From Antedon mediterranea (taxonomy: Eukaryota > Animalia > Echinodermata): DNA of 64,000 nt. Location: the NCBI RefSeq assembly GCF_964355755.1, contig NC_092671.1, positions 40,062,304 through 40,126,303 on the forward strand, given 5' to 3'. Position 1 is the stretch's first letter. The number at the start of each line of letters is the position of its first letter. The notes beneath the pieces were generated by a model. It did no database searches. It saw only the letters and a list, made by a program, of their open reading frames with translations, and was not told where the DNA came from. This document shows, piece after piece, positions 12,739-23,800 of this stretch. A program made the translations under genes and the position numbers.

Positions 12739-13386
12739 ATTAATGTTAATATTCTTATTACCGTAATTCAAATATTATCTGTTATTCATCAGTAATCTTC
12801 TGTTCCATAAATTAATGAACAAACTAGATGTTTGAAGAAGGTTTTAAATCTTTTGTGAATAGCAATAAATGAATGAAAGTGAATTGAACAAGTGATTACA
12901 TATGTGCATGGCTTCTGAAATTAGTGCCATAATATTCTTCAATCTCAGCACATACTCACTAGTTGTAAATAATATGTACATTGCAGTTTACACACTATTT
13001 ATATGTATTACAATTTTGTTTTTTTTTATCACGAATGACTTGAAATGAATAATAATAATTTTACTACTGTACAATAAATAGAACATTGAATAATAAATTT
13101 CTTTTTGAAATATTTTAATAATCATATTTACAGTTATTATTAATTACATATGATATAATCCGACAATAGGTGAGACAATAAGTGAGACAATATAACAACA
13201 TTGATGTACAGTGTGTGATGTAATGACAATGTAGAATGACGTCACTATAACTGATGCCTTTCCCTGGTTTTAATGAAGTCTATGAGCAATAATAATAATT
13301 AAACAATTGTATTGAGCCAGTTTAAACAAATTATTAAAGGCGCATTGTATCGAATTTTGCTGTACTACTGGCGGAAGAAATACTAA

Positions 13387-13545
13387 AGCTGTCTACACTA
13401 TCAAACTAGTTTTACAAAAATAGTGTGATGTGCCCAAATATGGTAGTGATATGCCCAAATATGGTAGTGATATGATATCATCATGTCCATATATGAGCAC
13501 ATCACATTTTCTTGTCACATTGAGTTTGATAGTGTACACAGAGCT
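13387..13545. mobile_element. MITE family A copy
   Basis: TIRs and a duplicated CCAAATATGGTAGTGATATG core. Confidence 0.88.
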
Positions 13546-14127
13546 TTAGAATATTTGTATGACGCCAACTTCCACTACTGTGTAATATAAACATAGTGAC
13601 AACAGAAATAAGAATCACCTGAACAAAATACCGTCAACAAATCTGCGATTTTGTCTTATTATTTTAAAAGGGTATTTGGTTGTGGCTCAATCAAGCGTGT
13701 TTTTGGCACATTATTATTATTCTACCCATGTGGTCTATTTCTTTTATATAGGACTAGTGTAAAAATGTGTTGTTTAGTATCGCACAGTACATTACAGTTC
13801 AATGTTAGTCAAAAGGAAAATTACTGAAAGAAACGGCAATTATGTGGTTATCAATGGCTGGATATTAATGGAGATACAAATAAAATAAGCAAAAACCTAT
13901 AAATCCAAACGATAAAGTTAAACAGCCAAAAAGAAATTGCAGTATGATGTTTTTTTATACATCTATTATTATTGTGTTGCTCTGTAAAACAGTTTTCTGT
14001 GTACGTCATGCCTACATCACGTCTGTATGCGTCTTCTACATACATTATCGGCAGAGGATACGTGATTTTAAATGCTGTAACATTAATTTATCTCTTCTGA
14101 ATAGACCGTATGTCGTTTTCTATACCT

Positions 14128-15891
14128 TTAAATTGTTCTTACAGCACCTGTAAGGCATTCTTTATTCTCCAAACTTCTAGTATCATCCTCTCCGGTATCT
14201 GTTACGTCACCTAACAAGTTCGGATCATAATGCGAATTATATTCACAGTTTTCATCAGTTGCATTAGTTTTTATGTTCTCACTTTCATTGTCATTGAACA
14301 CGTCTTCCGAATCAGTAAGTTGCTGAAGTTCTTCAAGTTCGTCGCCTTTTCGTTTAAGTTCGCACTCATTCTCTACGTCATTTCCACTACTATTGTCAGG
14401 ATTTATATTGTTATCTGTATTTATCTCCTCAACTTTTAAGCTAGTATCGTCCGATGATAAACATGAATTATCAGATAACGTACGAATATCGTGATCTGTA
14501 TCATTGGCGATTTTTTCAACCGATTTCCTGTCATTTGTTGCTGATGACTCTTCTATAGATCCAGTCGATTTAGATCTAGTTTTTTTACTTCGTGTCTTCG
14601 ATTCTTGTTTGGAGTGGCTTTCTTGAGACTTTACGGATTTTAAATCCATTAATACGCCATCTAAAGAAAGGTTGTTTACGTCATTTTTACATTTGTTGAC
14701 AATATTGGACTCCTTATCATTATCGCGTCTTGACAGCCCTCTTGCAAGATGACCTTTTTTCTCCTGCAGGCGCTTCGTCTTTTCTTCCTCTCGAAACAGC
14801 TTTACTTCTGAGAAGAACCATTCTTTTGACATTATTGAAAGTGGTGGTGATTTGATACGCTCAGGTTTAGAGATGAATTTTGTCCCAGGTTTCTTCGGAC
14901 AGTCCGGATTAAAATAGTTGGCTTGTTTACCTTCTATCAGAGATAGTTCGCCCTTCGTCATATAGTGAATCAACTGAACAGATTCCGTTTCTAATACCTC
15001 AGTTGGTACGGGTAAATTTGGTTTAACGTACGTATAATTTGGAAGTTTACCGTTTCCTTTTCTGCGCTGGTCTTGGAGACGCGCTACGAGTTCAACAGCA
15101 ATGTTGTATTCCGCTGGTGATGGTTTAGTCTGCTGGTGAGAGTGTGCCAACGTTTGATGCACTGCTGCCATTCGTTCGTGTGCTACAACGTGTATTTTAG
15201 GTGTATTCACTGGTTTTGTCCCTCTAAACGGTATATCTGGAGGGCGTCTTAATACTCCTTGGTGACGTTCAATACAAAATAGGTTTAGCTCCTCATTAAT
15301 ACAAAACTTTCGATTTTGTTCATTTGAGTGGTGAAAAGGTTGTTCGAATCCTGGGTAACTCCTTGATAAATTACTTTGTTTATATCGTCCTGTAGCCCCA
15401 CTTTCAAATGGTAGACCGTATGGACCAATTGAAAACCTATCACAAGATATTGGTACAGAATACGTACTATATGGACGACAGACACGTTCGTTATTTCGTT
15501 TTTGTATTCTAGCGTTTATGTTGTTCGCAGTGATCAGTTTTCTTCCTTTAAGTGGCACAAATGACATATACTGGTCAAAGTTTATGACGGGCCGACGGAG
15601 AAACCGCCGACTAATCTGTTGTTTTTGGTTGTGGCCCTGCTGGGTTGCTGGAGTCGTTGTTCTGCCAAATGACAAATACCGATTACATCTATCATTCAAA
15701 CTACTAATGCTGCTAGTGCTTTCTCCAGATTTACATCTCTTGTTTTCGCTGATATCCAGACTTTCAGAAAGGACTACTGAACTGCTTGGTCTCCATTCGC
15801 CTTCAGTTCTCACAAAATAAGTCCTATTTGTAGAATCGTCAACGACATGTTGAGTATTATCAGTCATTCGCGGCGATTCACAATTATCCAT
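14128..15891 (-). CDS. Uncharacterised intronless 587-aa protein (basic central region, acidic low-complexity C-terminus)
   Basis: A 1764-bp uninterrupted ORF in very AT-rich DNA, non-repetitive; no domain recognised. Confidence 0.75.
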   Translation of the reverse strand: MDNCESPRMTDNTQHVVDDSTNRTYFVRTEGEWRPSSSVVLSESLDISENKRCKSGESTSSISSLNDRCNRYLSFGRTTTPATQQGHNQKQQISRRFLRRPVINFDQYMSFVPLKGRKLITANNINARIQKRNNERVCRPYSTYSVPISCDRFSIGPYGLPFESGATGRYKQSNLSRSYPGFEQPFHHSNEQNRKFCINEELNLFCIERHQGVLRRPPDIPFRGTKPVNTPKIHVVAHERMAAVHQTLAHSHQQTKPSPAEYNIAVELVARLQDQRRKGNGKLPNYTYVKPNLPVPTEVLETESVQLIHYMTKGELSLIEGKQANYFNPDCPKKPGTKFISKPERIKSPPLSIMSKEWFFSEVKLFREEEKTKRLQEKKGHLARGLSRRDNDKESNIVNKCKNDVNNLSLDGVLMDLKSVKSQESHSKQESKTRSKKTRSKSTGSIEESSATNDRKSVEKIANDTDHDIRTLSDNSCLSSDDTSLKVEEINTDNNINPDNSSGNDVENECELKRKGDELEELQQLTDSEDVFNDNESENIKTNATDENCEYNSHYDPNLLGDVTDTGEDDTRSLENKECLTGAVRTI

Positions 15892-16759
15892 AGTGATAAT
15901 TCAGTAGCGTCTCTGGCAACGGCATTACATTCTCAGAAATAATCGTTTAAGCAGAGTAACTTAAGTTCGTTACCCTATTATTCCTCTGGTTCCTATCATT
16001 ACACATAATTATTGTAATCAGTCTGTATTCTAGAATTCACTTATAACAGAATGCTTAACACCACTGAACAAAAAACCCAATGTCATTGTAGTCTGTTAAT
16101 ATTTAATGTCGGAAGACCCAAGTAGTAGATAAAGAATAAAGCATTTAGCATAACAATTGCCTTGTTCTGTTGCGTACCATGGTAGTCAATGTGATTGTTT
16201 GTAATCTGTCTGAAGAACACACGCGATGTAGTGCAATCGTACGTCACACTTCAGCTTAGCCTATTTTTGTTTTCCTTTCTAAATTTGAATTCAATACAGT
16301 ATTTTTGTTTTAAAATAATGTAAATATACACAAGAGTGACGGGTCCAAGATTTTGAAGAAACCACCACCACGTACAACTTATTCTTTGTATTATGTGTAT
16401 AGCAAATTTTCTGCGATAACATTTTAGATAGGCTATTACTACTGTAGCCTACACACATAATTTTTTACTTTACTTGTTTAATTTGATGTGATGGGCCTTA
16501 TGTACTGATTTTCAGCAGTTTATATCAAAGCAACATAACAGATTTTACGGGTTATATTTTCATCGTTGTAAGCAATCAGGCAATACAACAAGCAATTTAA
16601 AAGATAACTTGAGACGTTTTATATTTTATTCTTTTTATAGTATTTTAATATTTATACTGTTCATAATGTTTTATTCATAGCATATTTTCTTATATATTAT
16701 CTTATCCATTGTATAGTATTGTATGTTTTTAACTGTTGTTATTTTTTATTGTAATTTCA

Positions 16760-16832
16760 ACCTTGGAAGGCAAATTTCATTTACTGTGTATTTGACAATA
16801 AATTTGAACTTGAACTTGAACTTGAACTTGAA
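16760..16832 (+). repeat. (TTGAAC)n microsatellite preceded by AATAAA, probable 3' tail remnant of a LINE/SINE
   Basis: GACAATAAATTTGAACTTGAACTTGAACTTGAACTTGAA. Confidence 0.5.
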
Positions 16833-17673
16833 TTCGCGTTTGGCTATATCATTCGAATTTTAACAAAGATATTCAAATAATAACAACACAAAATTAGGTT
16901 CAATCTCATCCTATTTATTTGTTATGAAGAGAGCATCTGTCACTGAAAACAATAATAATATAATGAAATCAAATAAATTCATGTTTTACAATAATTCTTA
17001 CAAATACACAGGTTTTAAACATTGAAAGGTTTGTGCTATATATACAAATCTGTCGCCCAAACATATTATAAACAAAATACATTTTAAGTCATCAACATAC
17101 CAAACATACATGTATATTGTAATAACGGTATTTCCCAATAAGAAAATCGAACTTAAATTTTATTTAAATATGTTTCAAGAATGGGAGTTAAGTTATCACA
17201 CAAGACTAAAGAAATATGTTATAGTAATTTACATTAAAAAAATCACCTGTATATTATTTACATGTACATCCACTTAAAGCATCGCATCCTAGCAATGCTA
17301 TCAATTTACACTTATGTTAGCATTAACATTATGAAACACAAAATATTTACAATTTTGTGTGGTGTGAAAATACATTTAGCAAACTGGAGTGCTCTCTCAA
17401 ATTAATATAATTATACCTAGAAATTAAAGGTAATATTTTAATAAAGAAACTTCATTTTTTTTTGACAACTAAAAATATTTTCTGTATCACTTGCCTTTTC
17501 TTTTATCATACATACAGATTTTATCGTTGTCGTCAGTATATGAATGAGCACAGATAATCTACAATTCATTCAGTACACACAAACCAGAATAGTAAGTTTA
17601 CAATCAAGAAATGTTCATCCCATCATTAGAATAGTCCATAGTATTAATAACAGTATTATTTTAGTCTACCTTA

Positions 17674-17791
17674 AGCTCTCTCTACGCTATCAAACGTGCC
17701 CAAATATGGTAGTGGTATGACATCATCATGTCCATATATGGGTACATCACATTGTTTTTGTCACAAAAAGTTTGATAGTGTAGACAGAGCT
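17674..17791. mobile_element. MITE family A copy, 65 bp downstream of the INCENP stop
   Basis: TIRs with TTA/TTA target duplication. Confidence 0.88.
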
Positions 17792-17855
17792 TTACACAAT
17801 TTGCATTCATCAATATTATTAATAATAAAGATAATGTAACATCAATGGATGACAA

Positions 17856-20800
17856 CTAATATTTGTTAAATATAGGTGAGTTCCAGACGGCTGAACTTGT
17901 TCTCTTCAAATATCGTGCTCTTTTCTTCTGGAACACAAGGGTCAGATCTGGAGGCTCAATTGCTCCAAAGATCTTGTCAAGATCGACAGGGAATCGGATC
18001 TGATGAATTAAGTGTGCCCTCAAAGATGCACCTGTAAACAAAATTATGTAAAAAAATATAATGTATTGATTACATGGATGCATGCATAGCGTGGAATTCT
18101 AGAGATATAAAATACAGTAGAGGCCCTTCTTTGAGCACCCATATTCAGAGGAAACATCTACTAAAGGGACACTTTCATATGAAAAGAACGAAGGAAAATA
18201 TGTATTTTAATACTACAACAGCCAACCTCTATTGAGGGGACACTTCTACTAAAGGGACACTATGAAAAGAACGAAGGAAAATATGTATTTTAATACTACA
18301 ACAGCTAACCTCTATTGAGGGGACACTTCTACTAAAGGGACACTATGAAAAGAACGAAGGAAAATATGTATTTTAATACTAAAACAGCCAATCCCTATTG
18401 AGGGGACACTTCTACTAAAGGGACACTATGAAAAGAACGAAGGAAAATATGTATTTTAATACTACAACAGCCAACCTCTATTGAGGGGACACTTCTATTA
18501 AAGGGACACTATGAAAAGAACGAAGGAAAATATGTATTTTAATACTACAACAACCAACCCCTATTGAGGGGACACTTCTACTAAAGGGACACTATGAAAA
18601 GAACGAAGGAAAATATGTATTTTAATACTACAACAGCCAACCTCTATTGAGGGGACACTTCTACTAAAGGACACTTTGTTGTGGCCTTAATGTGTCCTCT
18701 TAATAGAGGTTCTATTGTATAATAAAGCTTAGATGATGAGGAATAGATGATGAGTGCATTAAAACAAGATAATTACCTTGGGCCCATGAGGGTATCTTCT
18801 TCCTTGGATGTTCCTCATCATCTGTAGAGTCATCACTATTGATATCATCAATGCAGTAATTCTCTTCTGTTGACGGCTTGTGTATTCTGAAAAATACAAA
18901 ACAAGTTACAAATAACAAAAAAGTGAATTAAAATGAACTCAGTGTGAAAAAATAAGCCTGGCTTGGCTTGTTTCACACCATGACATTCTATTGTCCAATC
19001 ATCCAAGAAGCCTTCACTTTTGGAAAAACATACATAGTGTACCCGCGAACATTACTAAAGCTCTGTCTACACTATCAAACTTATGCGACAAAAAAATGTG
19101 ATGTGCCCATATATATGGACATGATGATGTCAAATTTGGACACAGCACACTTTGATAGTGTAGACAGAGCTTTATATTTGAACATAATTACCAAGTAGCA
19201 ATCAACTTAGTAGCAAGATGTCCAGTACATACCTTTGTGGTGTTATGTCATAAGATTGAGGTGACTTCATATCAGGCTCTTTAGTGACAGTTGTATTAAG
19301 TGCAGCTGTATTAGTTGTGAGCGGTAGCTTTGGTTTAGGCATCTCTTCCATTTGCTGTTTTTCCTTCATCATCATTTGTTTCAGATTTTCTCTTTCCTGA
19401 CATTAAAGTAGGTGATATATTGTGTAAGTCATTAGGAACAACTGATAAATTAAGTCTCTTTTAAATTAAAACCTTGTTCAAACTTGTAGAGTATAGGAGT
19501 TGTTGAGTGATTATTGTGCATACACTAACCTTAATGCGATCTTGTTCTCTACGAAGTCTTTCAGCTTCAATTATCCTTTGCTGTTCTGCTTCCTCTCGTG
19601 CTTTCTTTTCTCTTTCCCTCAATTCGGCTTCTTGAATCCTAACTCTTTCAATCTCTCTTCGTTCTTTCTCTCTAAATTAATCATGAAAAATTAAATGTTA
19701 TGTAACATCAGAAAAAAAACACCACATAGTAACTAAGGATAAGTGGCAAAAGTAGTTCAAGAATATAAAATGTAGGTTTCTCAAGAGGGTTTTATTAAAC
19801 ATGACTTGAGCTGGCTGGAATAATTCAAAACTTTTCATTTATATTTAGGCAAATTGCCAAGGATAACATTAAGAGAATTCATTCACTATCCTTCTTAAAG
19901 GTGTCAATCCTGTTCACAAGACAAACATATACACAGGATGCTGTACATAAACATAGTCTTATTACAAGTCTTTGGAAGTGGAGTTGTTATTTGTCATTAA
20001 AAAAAATATAATACATATATAACAGGACTTGAACCCAAGACCCTTGGTAGCTACCAAGCCACAACTCCACTTTTAACCCCATCATTATTTAATTACTTCT
20101 TTTCTTTTATTCTCTGTTGTTCACGTTCATTCTCTATCTCTAATTCTACTCGTCTTTTAGCTTCTTCTAGCCTCTGTTTTTCCTGATCAGCTTTGCGTTG
20201 TTCTTGTTGTAGACGCCATTCCTCCTGTTTCTGCAGACGTTCTTGTTCCTCAAATTCTTTTTTCCTTGTCATCATCTCCTTGTAACGCTTTTCTTCCTCT
20301 TCCTAAAAGTTGAAAAAAAATATTACAAACATTGTGTAGTTGCATAGATACCAGCGGATCAAAACCTGCCAAAACGACCTCTAAATTTCACAAAAATTTC
20401 TCTCTTTAATGTGGTGTATCTAATAGAAATTGAATTAGTCACACAATCAAGGCATTTTAAAGACTACATTACCATAACTAAACTGTATTTATTGAAATGG
20501 TTTTTTTTTACGGCTTTACTGACCTGTTGCTTAAGCTTTTGCTTTCTATGTTGTTCTTCAACACGACGTCTTTCTTCGGCTTCAACTCTTTTTTTCGTCA
20601 TCAATTTCTTCTTTTGCATTTCTTCTCGTTTTTTTTCCTCTTTCTGTTTTTCTGTCAATGCCTGCTTATGCTCATAAAATTCTTCAAGTTTAATTCGTTT
20701 CTCATTCTGTTGTAGAATCCTACGTTCTCTAGCCTCGGCAGCCTTTCTTGCTCGATCTTCTCTTTTCCTAATTTAAAAGATATTCAATGCTTTTGTAAGT

Positions 20801-23800
20801 AGGGTAAATTAAATAAATGTTTTACTTATGGAGCATTTCAGCATTGCAGAATGGCTAAGCTTAAAATCAGATGTCAATGAATACCTCAAAATCTTGGGAC
20901 AAGTTAGTTATGTTGTCAATAATTAAACACAAACCTCCTCTGCTCCTCCAACTTATTTTTTCTTTCTTGTTGTAACTTCTTTCTAATTTCTTCTTCCTTT
21001 TTCTGTTTTTCTCTAATTTGTGCTTTGATTTCCTCTTGACGTTCCTAACAGGAAATCAAATTGATTATTTAAAAAATGATTGATGTTTATGTTGAAAATC
21101 AACATGTGAAATTGCATCCTATTTGCTATCTTTAAAACTAGAATTGTATATGTTATCTCAAAATAGTATTTCTTACTTTTGTTGTTTTTTTCTTTGGTGT
21201 ATTTCTTTTGATAAAAGATGTAATAATGCCGCTTGAATTGGTTGGAAGCATGCCCTCTTCTTTCTTTCTGTGCAGGAATGACTGGGGTTGTGGTCGGATC
21301 ACCTATACAATAAAATCATAAATTAGACATCTTTCACTATAATTTGCTTGTGAAATCCCAAACTTAATTATGAAGCTTTATTTAGTCGAATTGGAACTTA
21401 CACAACGTTCTATGAACAACTTTGTGCAATACTTTTTCTACTATTTTAATGATGCTGTTTACATTGACGACGATTTTCATCCGATACCTATTTATTATTC
21501 AAAATGTGCAATAACAATAACTGGCCTTACATCATTACAAGTACGAAAGAAATCGAAGTTTAAATTCCTTGGCAGGGCTGTGTCATACTATTCAAATTCG
21601 GTTAGTACTCTACGTATTTGGTCTGTTGTACTTGGAGGGGACATAGAAGTCAATCCTGGCCCGAATGCTACTAATTCGAACAACAAAAGTAGCTCTTTAA
21701 AGGTGTACTACCAAAACGTTCGTAGTGTAAAAAATAAAATGGAATCATATAAATCGGAATTGTTTAGTCACATGTGCACAAGATACATAGACGTTGTAGC
21801 ATTAACTGAAACCTGGTTAAATAACACTGTAATTGATTGTGAACTGTCTTTAGATGGCTTTAATCTATATCGCAGGGACCGGCAAGAGGACAAGAGAGGC
21901 GGTGGAGTTTTACTCTTAATTAACAACAAATACAGGTCGTGTCGTCTCATTAAGTTTGAAGATGAAAGTCAAGAACTAATGTGGGTCAAAATTCAACTGT
22001 CTAGGAAAAAATGTTTAATTATTGGTATATATTATCGCCCACCATCGGCACCTAAATCTCAAATCGATCGTCTCTGTGAATCTATATACAATGTGCAATA
22101 TGAATTTCAGGGTTTCAATCATGACGTTATGTTATTAGGAGATTTTAATCTACCTGAGATAAAATGGCGTTTGAATAGTTATAATAAGTGCAATATTGTA
22201 GAATGTGAAGCTCCCGACAACTCCAATGGCAAATTTTTTATAGAAAATATTTTACAGGGTAATAATTTTAATCAATTTGTATATTTTCCGACATGTGCCG
22301 ATCACACTCTTGATCTTGTCTTGTGCAATACTATATGCCATGAAGTTTCATTCGGTGAAGATATTTTCACTTCTGATCACTGTGCAATAAATTTTAAATA
22401 TCCTATAGAGTTTAACAAACACCTTATCAATAATGACGATCGATTGTTATATAATTTTAAAAAACTTAACAAATTAGATTTTATACAAACACTTTCTCAT
22501 ATTCCTTGGCATTTACTTGATCTTGCCGTTGACATTGATGAGGCAGTTAATTTATTTTATGATTTTATTTTTGCTACTATCAAAGATCTCGTCCCTGTTT
22601 TCAGACCTAAGAGAAAACTCCCACCATGGTTTGATAATGAGCTCTACACTGCTTTGAAATCTAAAGAATCATATTTTAGAGAAAAAAAACGTAATCCAAA
22701 TAGGTTAAATATTGAAAATTTTCGATTTGCTAGGTCAAATTTTAAACGACTTTGTAGATTTAAGTATCGTACCTATGTTAATTCATTATGTTGTAATTTA
22801 AGTTGTAATCCGAAACGTTTTTGGTCTTGGATAAAATCCTCAAGAAAAAATAATAATAACATTCCTTCGGAACTACATTTTAATAATCAGTCAGCTTACA
22901 CTGTAAAAGACAAAGCAAACTTACTTAACCAATTTTTTTATTCTGTTTTTAGTCCTGTTAACAACGATTTGGATGTTCCTAATCTTCCTGAATATCCCAT
23001 CGATTGCTTATCTAAACTTGAGTTTAATCAGGAGGTTATAGAAAAGCACATTAATGAAATTGATTCTCATAAGGCTTCAGGTAATGATGGTCTAAGTAAT
23101 ATTGTTTTGTCTTTAGCTGCAAAACCTCTTTCTTTCCCTTGTAAAATTTTATTTGAAAGATGCATTTCTGAGAAACGTTTTCCGATAAAATGGAAGCAAG
23201 CTAACGTGTGCCCTATCTTTAAAGCTGGTTCTAAATCTGATGTACGCAATTATAGACCGGTTTCATTGTTGCCAACTATTTCTAAAGTTTTTGAAAAAAT
23301 TGTTCACGACCAAATTTTTAAACATATATCACCAGTTATTAGTGACCATCAACACGGATTTTACCCAGGAAGGTCTTGTGAAACAAATTTGTCTGTTCTG
23401 TTGTCACATGCGTATGACGCAATAAATGCAAAAGGGCAATGCGAAGTTGTATATACAGACATGGCTAAAGCCTTTGACAGGGTCTCCCATAAGTTGCTCT
23501 TGTTTAAACTTCAAAAATTTGGTCTAAATCACGATTTAATTTTATTTTTTACAAGTTATTTATCGGACAGGTTTCAGAGAGTCACTTTTGATGGTAACGC
23601 GTCTGAATGGCTTCCAGTTTTATCTGGCGTGCCTCAGGGGTCTATTTTGGGGCCTCTTTTTTTCATTATGTTTATTAACGATTTTTCCTTTGTTCCTCGT
23701 CATTCTAATGTTCTTATGTTTGCTGACGATATCAAATTATTTAAGTCTATACAAACTTTAAATGATATGTTGTTGTTACAAGAAGACGTTGACAGGCTCA

